From the NCBI GenBank assembly GCA_036172245.1, contig JAYWIR010000001.1, positions 11,532,001 to 11,596,000 on the forward strand: a stretch of 64,000 bases of DNA, given 5' to 3'. Numbering within the stretch: the stretch's first letter is position 1; each line of letters starts with the position of its first letter. The notes beneath the pieces are model-generated. The model searched no databases and was not told the DNA's origin. It was given only the letters and a program-made list of their open reading frames with translations. The translations under genes were made by a program, and so were the position numbers. Source of the DNA: Raillietiella orientalis (taxonomy: Eukaryota). Shown here piece by piece: positions 49,801 through 64,000 of this stretch.

Positions 49801-52800
49801 GCGCCGTGGTAGAGAAGCGAGGGGAGTGCGACCGCGTAGCCGTAAAACCGTTTCTAGGAGACTGGAAGGAGACGCACGCGGTGTGCGTTCTGGAGAGCGG
49901 CGCACTCGCCAATCCACCCCCCCCCCTCCCACCTCACAAGGTTGACCCCCGCCACCGAGTTCCCGGAGTCCGTCCGGTGAGGGCGTGCCCCTCGCTGAGG
50001 ATGCGGCGACGCCAAATCTGCTGGGGTCCGTCTCGCGCCCCATGTACTAGCGAGCGTGCCTGCGGGCGGGTTCTGCTCGGGTGCGAGCGAGCCGCGCGTA
50101 CACACGGGCTGCCGTGTACACGCGCGAATGGGGGGAGCTGCTGCCGTCTGAAGTGACGGGACCGCGCCGCGCCGCTGGCGTTGCTAATCAGGTTTCCACG
50201 GGAACCGTCCGTCATGGTTCCTCTTTTCCTTGCATTTCTCTGGGCGCGCGGCGCTTCTTCGAGCGTGACGCATAACCCTCCGCACGCACGCGCGTGCGAA
50301 AAAGAGAGAGCCCGGGCTACTTCGCGGGCGAGGGCGAGGCTCGGACGGCAGCGGACGGGCGCCGCTGGTTTCGTCGCCGCCACCAGCTGTGCGTCCCTAC
50401 GGGCCGCCTGCTGCCACTGCCGCCCCGAGGCGTCCTGAGTTTTGACCTGCCTCCATCCCCTGCCCGCCTTCTTGCCGCTGCCGCTCGCGATGCCATTGCC
50501 GCCGCGAGGCACTCCAGGTTGGACGCATCAGAAGCACAGTTTCTCGGTCACCCGGGGTTCCCGAATGCAAAGAGTCCCCGCAGCTCCCCTCCTGGAGTCG
50601 CAGATTCGATCCTTTCCAATCCCTCCTCCTGCGCCCAAATCCGAAGAGCCCTACAGCCATGCCTGCAGGCAGCAGCGAAAGGCAGAACGGCAGCAGAGCG
50701 GGCGGCGGTGATGGAGATGAGGAGGAAGGGAAGAAGAGAAGGAGGAAGGGGGAGAAAAGGAGGAGGTCCTGAGGGGAGAGGTGCTGGAGTTCGATCGGGC
50801 AGGGACAAGCGCGCGCACCGAGCCTCTTCTTCCGCTCCTCGGACCGAAGAGACGACGCCCCACCCTCCTCCCTTCCTTGCACGCGTGCACCCTCGTGAAG
50901 GCGCGACCAGGACGGGGCCGACACCGGGAGAAGGGGTCGAAGCGCACCTGACAGAACTTTAGTCAGCGGAGCGTTCTTGCAATCGCACCCGTAGCCGTAG
51001 TGGTGGTGACACTGCTGCTGGCGGAGGCAGTGTTGCCGCCATGCCGGAGAGGAGGAGAGCGCGGACGGTGCAGAGTGTGGCGAAGAGGCGTGGAACGCAC
51101 TCGAGGAGAGCGCCACGAGTGCAGCAACCCCAAAGCATCCCAAAGGTAGCAACGCTCGTCCTCCCCTTCCGCCGAAGAACGGAGACTCGGCGGCACGTCG
51201 TGCTGGCGCCCCGGGGAGTGTGGATACCGGAGGAAAATCCACTCTGCGCCCTCGGGCAGGAAGGACCGCCAGCTCCCATCCCCGCCCGCGGGGCCCTTGC
51301 GAGCTGAGCACGACTGGGAACCGACCGGGCTCTTCCGGCCTTCTTGGCCACCACAGCCACGTTGGCGCCATGGTTGCCATCGCTCCCTCCGGTTCGTCCC
51401 TCGTCCGAGTCCTACCGTCACGCCCTCCGCAGGCCGGGAACGCAGACTCCCCTCCCCTCACCCCTTGGACTCTCCCCGCCCCTGTCTTCCAGTGGTGGAG
51501 GGGCTCTGCCGGGGGCGCGGTTCTTGCAGACCCTTTCTGGCTGTTCGGCCACTTCTTGCTGCTGACTGCGTTGCCGTTTCCAAGAGCTGAGGATTCGCAG
51601 GTTCCAGAAATTTGCACGTTATCCCCCCCCCCATCCTTCCCCCATCTTCCCTTCGGCTATTGGATACTTCGAGAACGGCCAGGACGGCAGGCTAGACGGG
51701 CTTCGAGGCGAAATTGTGATGCTGGCAACCGCGTCCGAGGCAGCGGCAAGAAGGACGCGCGTTCGAGGGCCAGCATCGCCACCTCTGGACCGACGTAGCA
51801 CGGGGATGAGTCGCAGGCTCCGTCCTGAAGACCAGGGGAGCCCGCGGTCCTGTCTGGAAGCAGCCCACCGTCCGTTCGCAGCCAGCGGAACTTCGCAAGA
51901 GGAGAGGAAAGCGCCTGAAGGGCTGGTCGCGCGCACGGCCTCGGCGGGAAGGAGAACGAGGGAGGCCCCGCTCTGAGGCTCCGCTCGCGCCGCGCGCAGG
52001 AAGTGCGCATGCGTACGGAGGCAAGCACGCGCTCTGGCAAAGCGGAGGAGGACGCACGGGAGCAGCCGGAGCTTGGCAGGGAGGGGGGAGGGGCGACGGA
52101 GGCGAGAGGCGCCTCCCGGCTTCTACAGGAAGGGAGGCGGCTGTCCCCGCTGGCACCCTTGGCGATGAACGGAGGCTCCTCAAGGGGCCCGGCAGGAGGA
52201 AGGGCGGGATGCGGAGGCTGGGTTCAAGACTCTCCCCTGAGGGCATTTTGGCCCCGCCGCTGCCATGTAACCACTGCGAGGACCCAAGCAGGCGCAGCCT
52301 CTGCAGCCCGTCCGAGAGGATCTTCCAGCACTCTGGTCCAAAGGCCGGGAGGCGGTCCCAACCCCCTTTCCGGCTGGCTCGACCACGAGGATCCAGGGCG
52401 ACCCCGAGCTCATCGGGCGCAGGCGCCGCGTGCCCGATGAGTACATCCGGCCGGCGAGCGACGGGGGCCCTGAGAGCCGCTCCCACCCGAGCGGGAGAGG
52501 TCAGCAGTAGGTCGCCCCCCGCATTGGTCCGAGGGGCGAGGAGTTCCGGGAGGGAGCGTCCCGTACCGGCAGGAGTGCCAGCAGCGCGACCTCGCTGGAT
52601 ACGCGCTTCCGGCCTCGCTCGAGACCTGGGAAGCCTGCGGGCGAGCAAGACGCGTCGCTCCCCCTCGCCTGGCTCCCCTCGTGCCCCGAGAGCGCGCGTC
52701 CGGGCCGGGCCGGATGCGGGCGCGGCGGCGGCGTGGGAAGGGCGGGCGCAACCGCCGCCGCTGACTCTGCAGGCGTCGCCGCACTTCGAGGCTTCCCACC

Positions 52801-55800
52801 TCTGCGAAGGGACTTCCAATGACCCCCCCGCTCCATCTTTCCTGACACCCTGAGGCGGATCTGCCCAAAGGCGGATCTGTCCGCATCTCGCCCCGGTGAT
52901 GATGACTGGGAAGCGGCCCTTTGTATTGAGGGGAGAGGCTAAGCAAGGCCAAACGCCTCAGTAAGGAACTTGGAATTTTCTCTCCTTCCCTCCTCGGATT
53001 CCTCCCATTCCTCGGCGACGGGACGTCCCGCATGGGCCATCCCGAGCACTCGCGAGAAAGGACAACGGGAAAGGCAGCTCAGGTGGCCCCATGCTCTCGC
53101 GGAGCAGCCATGTTGACTGGTCCGCAGCAGGGACCGCGGGAGACGGCCGAGGATAAACGAGACAGGGAGCTCCGAGCCACGAGGGGCATTGCAAAGAGAG
53201 CGTTCCCGGGAACATGTGTTCCAGGCGCGGGACGAGTCCCTACCCTTGTCGCAAGCCCGGGAGACGCCTTCAGCATTCTGCATGGACGCCGTGGTTTGGG
53301 TTCAGGCGAATGAAGCAAACGAGAAAGGGCAGAGGTGAGAAAAGCAAGAGGAGGAAGGGAGGAAGGGAGGGAGGGAGGAAAGGAGGAGGAGGAAGGGGAA
53401 GTGAATAGAAGTGAGGAAGAACAATGGAATCCCTGGAAGCACGTAGAATTCCAAGACGACGGCAGCGAGACGGATTCGGGGGCACCCTCCCCTTCCGCGG
53501 GCCCGGAAACTTGGCGTGCAGTCAGCGCGCGGTCAGCGGAGGCAGTCGTTCTCTCCGTCCGGTGGCGGGGAGGCGCGCCGTCAACAGGACCACCGTCGAC
53601 GACCGCGCTCGCTCGCTTCTCCGGCCGAGATTTTTATCACGCCGCCTTCTCATCGGCGCTTTCCGGGTTCCCTGCTTTACGGCGGTCGCGGTCAAGCGGG
53701 GCCGAGGCGGTCTCTCCGCGCGCGAGCTGACCGCGGAGGCTTCTTCTCGCCGGGGGGACTTTTGAGAGGCGGAGAAGGGCAGCAGCACTATCAGCGCCTC
53801 TCTCTAGTCGTCCTCACGGAACGTCACGAAAAAGTGCCGGTCACTTCCAGCCGGGGGGCACGAGCGCGCGTGCGCGCACTGCTGAGGGCCGCTCTGCAGC
53901 AATCGAAAGTTCACTTTGAAGGAGGGGGGGAGGCGCACGTGTTTTCGACACCGCCTCCTGGGCACGCGCACGCACGCGTGCATGGAGCCCTTGAAGGACC
54001 TTCGGACTCGCGCGAAGGTTCCATTTTTCTCCTCCTCCTCCTCCTCCGTGATCAAAGCCGTAGGAAGCATGCACTGGCAACCGTCCCATCAGCGCGCAGG
54101 AGCGGCTTCCATTGCTCCAAGTGTACGCCATGAGGGTGGCCCGGAACACGACCAGGAGCGGGAAGTCGGGGCGGGGTCGCAGAGAGGGCACCGCGAACCT
54201 GGCGCTGTCGTCTCCAGCATACGCGACTCCCGCTGCGCGCCGATGTGGCCTTCCGTAGAAGAAAAAAAAAAAATGGTTTCGGTTTTGCGGCAGCAGCAGT
54301 TGGGACGCCCGTGAGCACAGCCGAGGTTGGCCCTCGCCATCCCGACGGGCAGCCTGAATGAAGTGCCGGGTCATCACCGCAGGAGGAAGGAAGGAAGGAA
54401 GGGGAGAAAAGGAGAGAGAGAGGGAAAAAGAAGATAAAACTCTGTTTTCGCCTCCACTTCTTGCTCCTGTTCCTCATCCTCCACTCCCTTTCTCGGAGTC
54501 GTACTGCGTTGACTTCTTACCAACGCCGCGATCACGGCGAACGACGCGCAGCGGCTGTCGTCCTGATCTCGAAAAAGTGGGAAAAATTGTCGGACCGGTT
54601 GCTACGCGATCGCTCCGTATGACGGGCGCGTGCTGCAGTCAAAAAAACCCGCAACAATAGCTTGTCGCGAAATTGTCACTGACCAATGAGGAGAGTCGGT
54701 TGCTGGTACCGGCTTAATGAACAAGTCTAAATTAAGAGTTAGTAATCGGAAACGGAAGCGCTAACCGGTAACCATGGTGGGCTACTGGTGTGGAAAATTC
54801 GATCCAATTTGGACACAAACAGTTCCAGGACATGTATTCGGAGGGGGGGGGGGGGGAGGTGCCGGTCTATTGCTAATTTAAAAACACTCATATGCCTCGC
54901 ATTTATTCGCGTGCATGAGATAGTGTATGCATTCAATTGTGTTTTTTAGTGTACTCGATGATAATTACTCAAGTGTGTATATTGGATAGATGCCTGTCAC
55001 ACGGTGCCGAAATCCTTGAATGATCGTATCGCATATTGAGATAACACTTATCATGTGAAAGGGTGTAGCATCCTTCTGACATGGGGAAGAAAATGCGACG
55101 ACCGCAAGTGCGACGGGAGGAGGTTTTGGTTGGCCCACCCCCGGGCAAGCAAAACGCGCATGCCCGCACGCACGTCCGCGGGGCCGGTCGAGGACACAGC
55201 TCGGGGCGCCCTTCGCAGTGGAGGGAATCCGCGCCCAGGCAGGGCGAGCGAGTGTGGTACGTACGCTGCAAAAGGGAAAACACTGCTGCTGTTCGGGAGG
55301 ATGCTGTGTTGATAAACGCGAGCAATTAATTTTCCCGTGTTCGCAGGCGGAGCGAAAGAACCTTCAAGAACGTAACGTCAGGAAGCAAGGAAGTACTCGA
55401 GTTTTTTTTCCCTCCCCCCTCCCCCTCACCCCTTCCAGAAATTAACGCGGATCATCGCTTGAAACGGACCGCCGGAATTCTGTCCTGTTCGTGCACAGCA
55501 AGCAAACCAGCAGGGAGACGCCCCCTCTCCAAGCATCGGGATGTATTTCGGGATGCGTGGAGCGGGAGAGAACGCGTGCGCTCCTGGCAACGGATGCCGA
55601 AATATCAAACCGGCTGCAGCATCCGATCCTCGCGCGCGCGTTTATTCGCTCGGGCAGGAAACGCTAGCCGACGCTTCTTCTGCACACCCGGATTCCCAAC
55701 AAACGGCGGCGGCGGGTTCGGGAAAGGAATGACGAAGACTGCGTATTTCGTCAGCGACACCGCGCGCGGGCGGCGGGCAGTCTTCCCAGGAGGCGACGGG

Positions 55801-57899
55801 CTGCGCAGGCGGAGGAGGGTAACCTAGGGGTGCGCGCGCGCGCCGGCGTTGAGAAAAAACGGGGAGGAGGGCGCTCCCGTTCCCCCCGACGTAGAGGGGA
55901 AGGGGCCCCCCTTGCGCGCGCGAGAGAGAGAGAGGAAGAGCACCGTCGCCCCGGCCGGAAACGCGCACGAGGGCGCCGGCAGCGGCCAGCGGCCGTCCAG
56001 CGCATTCAGAGAGGGAGCGACGCCTTTCGCAGGAGCTCAGCGCGCATGCGTGCTTCGCCGGCGTTGGGGGAATGCCGATAACGGCGCGGGAAAGGGTGGC
56101 GGCGGCTCTAGACCCCGAAGTGTCGGTCGCTCAAGGGGCTGTGTCCGGGAGGGCGTCAGCCCTTCAGTCTCCAAAGTGAGCCGCGGGATACCATTGCCTG
56201 GTTCTACGGGAAGCGAGGGAAAAAAAAGTAAAAAAACGAAATCGAGAACCCCAAAAAAAATAAACAAAAAACAAACAGAGAAAGGCCATTGTGGACGCCT
56301 CCTTCGCCCGCAGACCCCGGGGCGAAGAGACAAGACGACGACAACCAGCCCTTCGGCTGGCGGAACCGTCGGAAGCCGCCGCCGCCGCCGTTGCCGCTGT
56401 AGCTCTTGAGCACGGGTGCTTCGGGGCTCTCAGAACGGGCCGCCAGAAGGCCGAGCAGGAAGGGGAGCCGGGAACTTTCCCGCTCCCTGATGGGATGGTC
56501 AGGACAGAAAGGGAAGGCACTGGGAAGGGGAAATCACGGTCTTTTCCCCCTTGGGGCCGGGACCGGAGGAGGAGCGGGGTCGCACACAGAGAAGGGAAAG
56601 GTCACGAGGAGGAATCCGGCGGCATAGGCAAGTCACGAAGACCGCCCGAAGGCACGCTCGCTCGGAGGGAGGGGGCGGGGCTTTCCCACAGCCCGCGAGC
56701 GGCGCGCGCGCGCGCGCACGCCCCCTCCGCGCCCCCCTCGCGCGCGCCGGGAGCCTCCGAAACGCCGCCGCCGCGCGCTGACCGGAGGTCAAGGCGTCCT
56801 CCGCGCGCGCGCCCCGGCGGCGGCGATGGTGGGAAACCGCGGAGCGTTCCCACGGCAACGCGCGGCAACGGAAGACCGACATCCGGGCGCGCACGAGCCG
56901 CGCGACCCCGCGGGCGAGCGAGCACGCGCGCGCTCGCGCGGTGTTGACCTCCGGGCCGTCCGCAGGGTCCGGCGGCGCGGCCGCGCGTGTAGGGAGAGAG
57001 AAAGGGCGGAGAATCTCTCGTTCCTCTTCTACCTTTCCTTTGGGGGCTCCCTGCTCCGAGACGCCATCCTGGAACCGAAACAAGATGCTCTGAAGAGAAA
57101 AACGCCCCGGGGGCAGTTCTGTCCTGCAGGCGGCGACAGGAGAAAGGGGAGCGACGGTGGTTGGACCAAGAGATCATCCCAACAGCTCTCAATCCCCCTA
57201 CGCGTGCCCCGTCGCACCTTCCGGAGAGCTGACCCTTCTGCCCCTCGGGACGTGCCCGCGCTCTCCCGGCACGTGCGGCAGGAAAAGGTGCTTCCACTCC
57301 TCGCGACCCGGCAGGAGTTTCCGGCCGTTCTCACCGGAGAAGGTTGGCGAGATCGGACGCCACCTCCCGAGGCATTCGCACACTTTCCAGCTAAGGTGGC
57401 GGAGGGGGGTAACCGGACGCTCCACTATCCAGGACGGACGGTCAGCTGTTCCCTAGCCGTGCCTCAGCTGCTGCCCTGGACCTTATGCGTCTGCGAGATC
57501 CGTTCTTCCTGAAGTCATTGATTCGTCTCTTTGGAAACGAGCCGGAGGCATCCCTCGGACCAGGTGAGCACGGCGCCCCCCTCCCCCGGGATGACAGGCC
57601 ACACAGTCGGTCCCCGTCCTCCTGTTTCTTTTCGTGCAGCAGGGAGCAGAACTCTCTGCTCCCTGCGGTGGGTGCACTGCCGCGAGCTGGCGGCGCGCTT
57701 CTGGTAAGTGGAGCCAGGCGAAGGGATGGTCGTGCCCTGCGTGAGATATAGGTCGCACCCGTGCTGTCTTGAGGGGTCCACCGCGTGTGCAGGGGGCCCA
57801 TGACGCGATTGCTCCCGCTCCATTTGCCAAACTCGGAATGAGGCTCAGGTTGGGTCGCCTGCTGGCTCGAGCGCACCCTCGCAAGACCGCCACGATCTC

Positions 57900-59400
57900 G
57901 AGCGGAGGAGGGTAATGGGGGAAGGAAGACAGCCGGGAGGCAAAGACGGCAGACTAGTCAACGTTTTTCTCTGCAGTCTTCGAGCGACCCTCCTGGGGAG
58001 AGCCGGGTCATTCGCACCCCTCCACCGGCGAGGAACGGGAGCGTACGGGCAGCCGTGTTTCCCGGAAGACGAGCTCCGGAGTAACCAGGAAATGGCGACA
58101 ACCGGGAGAACCTGCCAAAGACGGAAAGCTCACCACGGGCTCACGCGCCTGGAGGAGGATTACAGAGACTCGGACCGCGATTCATCACTCCGGAAACGCT
58201 GCACACAGGAGCGGCGGGAATCTGGCGGAGGAAGGGCCCAAAGATGGAGGTGACCGCCAAGCGAGGCAAAAGGGACCGTCGGAAGAGTGAGTGGCCCTCT
58301 CCTGTTGCTGCAACTCCGGGAACTGCCGGTAGAGTGGCCGCGCCCGATATGGCAGCCCGATATGTGCAGAACCACAGGAGGGTCTTGGCTCGCCAGAGGC
58401 CCCCCTTTCGGCTGCCTTTCGAGAGAACGGCAAATCGCACTTTCCGAGCTGACCTCTGCTGGCGCCGAGAGGCAGGACTTCCCCGCTTCTCCCCAGGCTA
58501 CCAGAGGAAGAGGAAATCGCCAGGCACGTCACTCTCCTGCTTGCGCACCCTCGCAGCACGTGAGGGCGAATCTCAGGGGCCATGGACACCTTCCCGATTC
58601 GTGGACGCATCACAAGGCCGTGCCATTTTGCTTTTTTTTTGTGTTTTTTTCCCTAGTTGCTCACTCTCCCCTTCGCCCGAGGGACCCATCGCATGGGCGG
58701 ACAGGTTGGGCGACTAATTCTGGAGGGCGGCGATCCGAGAAGGCGAAGGAGGAGAGGTACGCCCACCGACCCGTACGCAGCATCCGAATGCCCCTCCGCA
58801 GAGCTCTCCCCAAACCCACGGGCCGTCCGCCCAGCACGCGCGGCAACGTCGGAACTCGCGGGGTTTCCACTTTCACCTTCGCCGGCTTTCTGGCGCGCCG
58901 CCTCTAGGTGGGCGGCTTCCTCCGCGGGCGGTGCCGCAGACGGGGGCGGCCCCTGGCGTCGGTCGAGCTTACCACGGAAGACGGAGGGGTTTCAGGGCGA
59001 GCGAACGCGGAAGAAACTTAGCGGGAGGGAGGTGCCGGCGCCGTCCCGATTGCATCTATCCGAGGGGTTGGCCTTCGGGCCGGAGCGCCTGCCCTTCGCA
59101 GGGCGCACGCGCGGAAGGATCTTTCGTGCACGCGCTGAAGACGCCGCCGCCGCCAGCGCCACCCGTTCGAGCATCCGGTGAGAGGAGGAGCGCGGCCTTG
59201 ATCGTTATCGCCGGCGGCGGCATCCATCATCGGCGGCTACCACGAGGGTCACTCCGCGGAGGGCAGCCGAGGAGGCGCGCCGAAGACATGGAGGATTTCA
59301 TCACGAAGGCGCGCCGCTGACGCCGCCTTCCCACGTCGTCGCCGCCCTCCGGGGGGACGTGAGCGCCCCCGGCTCGTGCGGGCCGCTCCGCGGGGAGAAA
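57900..59400 (+). mobile_element. Decayed R1/I-like element: gag zinc-knuckle region plus endonuclease
   Basis: Cys remnants (TCQRRKAHHG; GNCR...SPIC), then LIVIAGG...RGS...RRAEDMEDFI (~IAGDFN..WGS..RGxxLxDFI). Confidence 0.35.
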
Positions 59401-62400
59401 GACGAGAAGCGTTGCCAGGAGACCGACCCACAACCCGAATTTCCTTTTCTCTCGTGTCTTCCCCAGCCGGGAAGATCGCACAGCTGGAGGCGGGCGCGCC
59501 CTTTCGCTGTCTCCCGGGAAGTCGGCAGGGTAGCAGGAGAGGAGCGGCAGTTCGTGTCTGTGGAAGTTTCCGGACGGACGGCGAAACGACACGCGCCCGG
59601 GGAAACGGGAAGACAGGCACTCACGGGAGCGCTGGAGGCATCTAAGCAGCGAACGTCTCTTGCCTGAGGGCCATCAATGGTTTGAGGGAGTCACTCAAAG
59701 ACGTGAGGAGCCATCGATAGTCCGAGCAGGTGGTTGAGCGCAGCTAGGCAAGCAAAGCCATCCTGGAACCTCAGGGATCACCTAGCGAAGGCCGTTGAGC
59801 AGACAAACTGGTGGTACTTAATTGGCTCTCGCTCATGGCCACGGGCCTTGGACACAGCGAGAAGATCCTGAGAAACTTGCCATGATCGCCAGAGTCACAC
59901 CCTCCGTCGACCTGCGCACGTGGGGGGCTATTGCAAGAAGAAAGAGGGTGCACGTCGCCATGTGAGGGAGCGTGAAAAGGGCGACTGGGAGAGAGGCTCG
60001 GAGAGGGGTGACAGCGATACGGAGCGAGGAGCGCACCTTCGACCCGGGGGGGCCTCGGCGATGTCGGGAGGAAGGCGAGTGGGCGCAGACGTGCGGCCCG
60101 GGAATGTCCGATCTGCAGACCGGGCGCAGCGCGGGGAGGCCGCAAGCACCGCTCATCGGTGGAGGCGCCCAGCTGCTGAGGAAACGCGGAAGAGCGCCCG
60201 CCAGAGAATCCGCAGGTCGATCGGGAACGGCAGCAGGCGGCCCTCCGCTCCCGTTTCCTGGTCGCGCGCCTGGATGCTCCCCGCTCCAGCCGTGGTCTCT
60301 CACTCCCGCCTTCCACGCCCGCAGACGGTTTCTTTCAGCTTCCTCCGTCAGCGGAGGGCGAAGCAGCGCTCGTTCACCGATAGGAGGACGCGGGGCTGTT
60401 GGCAAGTCGCCCACCGGCACGCGCGGAGAGCGGAGGAGGGGATCTGGACTGGGGGATTTAACCGTTGGATGCCCCCGATATCGGTCGGCGTCGCGAAACC
60501 AAGAAAGGCGCACAAGTCGTGGTCTCGCCGCCCTGCCGTTGGGTCTGCAACGTCTCCTGCCTCACGGTGAACCTGCTCTCTCCCAGTATTCCCGGAAAGC
60601 TCCTCCCACATCCCGTCTCGTCCCCTGGGCGATCAAAAGACGGGAGCAGACACTGCAAGAGGGGAGCCATCATCGATGGGCGCAGTCGCGGTCACGCATC
60701 CACGTGGAGAGAGGCGCCGCTCGCCCGACGACGCGGGAGGTGCGCTGTCAGGCGACCTTCGCCTCCGCGGCCGCTCGCAGTGCCTCGCGCGCGGCTCCCG
60801 GCAGGAAGAGGAGACCGGAAGCTCCGTCTCCCCTGGGGGAAGAGTTCCGTGTGAGGGGGAACGCGTGCACGGGGAACATGCAGCAGCGACCCCCCTCCTC
60901 CCCTGCATCCTTTTTCGCGTCCTCTCGAGTCGGCAGGGCCAGCAGTAGGGGAGAGACCTCTCCCCCACTGCTGGTCGGCGGGCCTTGGAGCGCGCCGGAG
61001 CGGGGAGGACGGGGCGGAGGCGAAGGCGATCCAGTCGGGCGGATTCCGCCATCTCCCGCCGGCACGCCCACGCGAAGGAGTTTGCTCGCACGTGTTCGGC
61101 GGGCGACAGTTGGCTGAGGGCGCCGGGCCAGGAGGCACCGGCTCGGTGAAATACGGCGCCGCCGCCGAGACCGAAAGGCGCCGCCAGGCTTCGCCTCTCC
61201 GCTTCTCGCTCGGTCGAAGCAGCAGCGTCCGTCCGACCCGCCCCCACCCTCCCTCGCTCTCTTCTTTGAGTGCGCGCGCGGCCGGGGGGCACCTAGCGGC
61301 ATTCCAGCTGCGCGCCCTTTTGCGCAGCGATGGCTGGACGCCGCCGCGCAAAAGGCCGTCTCGAGTTGTACGCGTGTGCTGTGGGAGGACAGACGAAGAG
61401 GCAGGGGGAGCAGAGGGACCCGGAAGCTGCCACGATGAGCCCCGAGTCTGCGGTTGATGAAAGCAGAGAGCGCGCGCCCCCGCGCTCGTTTCGTTTCCCT
61501 CGCCGTCTTTCCCCGAAAGGAAGGGAGGGCGAGCAACTTTCGCCTTTCTCAGGGGTACCACCTCATCCCAACTCCATCGCTTTGCCTTCCCCGTCGGAGC
61601 GAGGCGCAGGCAAGCAAACGGAGGGAGGGAGGACTGCCCCCCCCCCCTTCCCTCCTTCTCCACTGTTGTCGCCTTTCCGGCTTCTGGAGATGCTGTACGC
61701 ACGCGTGCGACAGGACAGCGGCCTCCGGCGTTTCCCTCCCCTCTCCCCAGCCTTGTGCTCGGAGGCAGCTCGCTGCGGTTCCCCGAGACGGTGGAGACCC
61801 TGGGTTGTATCTCTGCCCTGCTTGCCCCGATCGCTCTGAGGGCGCAGTCGTCTCTCGGGAAAGCATCTCTCCGGAAACGGGAAGCGCTGGCGGCGTCTGT
61901 GCAGCAGCAGACGTCTCCGGACTGAGGGACGAAGACGGATTGGGATGCGAAGGGGAGGGCACTGGAAGGGAGGAGCCACAGAGAGCGCACGTCCTCTTCC
62001 AGCGGTTCACCACGGGAGACCACGCCAGGAGGACCGCCCGGAGTGCGGACTCCCGGTCCGTGCCTCGCGGGGGAACTCGCGAGATGAGGGATCGGAGGGA
62101 GGGAAAGACCAGGAAGAGGAGAAATGCAGGCGGATCGAAGCGCTCGGTCGGAGCCGTGACGCCTCATCCCTCCCGCCCCTGCAACCGACCGAAAGGGAGA
62201 GGGAGGTCCCGGAAATTCGTTCCTGTCGGGAGGGAAAAGAAGGGAGGGGAAGAGAGAAAAATAAAAAAGGTGGGAAGGTGTGGAAGCGGGAGGCGAAGTG
62301 GGCGCTGAGGAGGGGGGCGCACACTGCCTCGGCTGCGCCGAGACGGCCGGTCCGTTCCAACCGCCTTTGCTCCTGGGGCGATGAGCAGCACTCCTTCCGG

Positions 62401-63673
62401 ACGGCGCACGCTCCTGCAGCGACGGGCGGCAGCGGAGGCAGCAGCTCGCCCGACCCGCTCGGCGGCCTGCCGCGGGGGGGGGGGGGGGGGGCGCACGCCG
62501 CTGTCGGGGACAGCGAGCACGGGAAGTCCCAGACAGAATGACGGCTCGGTTTGGAGGTCCAACTGCAGCGCTGCTTCCGACGGTGGGAGGGAAAACGGTT
62601 ACCATGAAACTTTTTGTGCGTGCATGCGTGCGTGCTTGCGTACGCGCGCTCCTCCTCCCGCACGCGGAGCGCAGGAAACGGATGCGCCACGCTCGCAGCT
62701 GCTCCTCGTAGTCTGGCAACCAACACAACGGCCGCTGCTACCCGAGTGTCCTGCGACGGTCACGTCCCGTGGCGATGTCCCCCCCCCCCCCGCCTTTCCA
62801 ACGACCTCCGGGACGCGAGCGCACTGATCGACTGGGCTTCTTGACCCGCAATTTATCTGATGCCGTCCACACACGTGACCCCATCAGCACACGTCACGAA
62901 AGCATCGCAGCGAACCGGACAGCAGGGGGAGGGGGCAAAAGTCACGGACATGCACACGTCGTTGCTACGAGGTGCCGATGCGCGATCAACGCGTGACCCT
63001 TCGCCACACGAACGACGCACACCACCCGCGAAAAAATGATCTTCTGGCGGGAGAGGGGAGGAAAGGGAAGAGAACAGTGAAAAGAATGAACCGCGTTCTT
63101 CACGCGCAAGGAGCTTGGATCACCTCGCAGATTCCGACAATCCCGCTCTATCAATCTACCGCCGCATCCTGCAGCTGAAATTTATTCTCGCAGCATCCCG
63201 GCGGCGGCGGCGGCACCCGCGAACGCCCCCCCTCCCCCCCAAAAAGGAAATAAAATAAACCGCCCCAGCATCGTTGCCGCGCCGCTCGCGCGAAGGGTAG
63301 TTGCGCACGACGCCGGCGTTCCCGACAGGAAGCTCGGGTTTGATCCGGGAAAGACATCAATCTGCGGGTTAGCTACGTCGGACTGCACGAGCGGGGCGCA
63401 CCTTGCCTCGCTGCTCGGGGGAGTGAGAAGGAAAAGGGAGGAAAGAGGTTCGCGCTAAGGGTTTCACTTTGAAAACTTTTCGGGAAAAAAAAAACTCTCC
63501 ACTCCGGGGCGGATACCCTACGCTGTGCCGTCTCCCGTGGCAACGGGGACGCGGGCGGGCGCGCTGCCTGGGCGGCGGCGGCGGCGGCGCCCGCATCGCT
63601 TTAGCACCTTTTTGGATCCGGCACACAAGTATCGGCGGCGTCCCGGAATTCCAAGCCGCATCATCCCAGCACA

Positions 63674-63700
63674 GTGTGTGTGTGTGTGTGTGTGTGTGTG
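63674..63700. repeat. (GT)13 microsatellite
   Basis: Read directly. Confidence 0.9.
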
Positions 63701-64000
63701 ACGCCAGGGGCATGCGCCCACGAGGAGCCCGCAGCGCCGAAAACCGGAGAAAGACAGAGACAAAACGCACACAGAAAAAACTTGTGGCCAAAAGGGAGGG
63801 AGAGGGCAAGGAAATTGTATTTTGCGTAAGATGGCGTTACATAACAGGAAGACACTTGTGATCTTGCCATTCCGAACGGGTACACGGTTTTCCTTTTTCG
63901 TAGGCATCACTCGAGCAACGTGGACCCTCGGAGACGCGGGCGCACTCTTTCAACGGATCCCACGATCGATGTCGAAATCGAAAAATAGGCTTGCATTCTT

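Noticed and set aside
18900-63900. Numerous long ORFs (for example 21142-22416, 28020-29345, 47681-49072, 60692-62728)
   Set aside because: Arg/Pro/Gly/Ala-rich, open on both strands, running through homopolymers and with no recognisable domains. Expected from stop-codon scarcity in GC-rich DNA.

Overview
Eukaryotic DNA, most likely from an invertebrate animal (inferred from the Tx1/L1, CRE-like, RTE, I/R1, CR1, P-element and MULE remnants). It is not prokaryotic: I see no operons, rRNA, intact tRNA or CRISPR. Most of the window is a dense graveyard of old, frameshifted non-LTR retrotransposons (mainly Tx1/L1 fragments on both strands) plus a few decayed DNA transposons. These sit in GC/CpG-rich sequence with many homopolymer and purine tracts, which explains most of the long ORFs in the track. 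The one convincing intact protein-coding feature is an intronless, highly divergent barrier-to-autointegration-factor (BAF)-like ORF (9079-9507, minus strand), followed by a perfect 17-bp hairpin. Other notable structures are two ~220-230-bp inverted-repeat pairs far better conserved than the surrounding TE debris, a 48-bp minisatellite, a small MITE-like foldback and a structured LINE 3' UTR. All family assignments are by-eye motif matches with approximate boundaries; no database searches were run.
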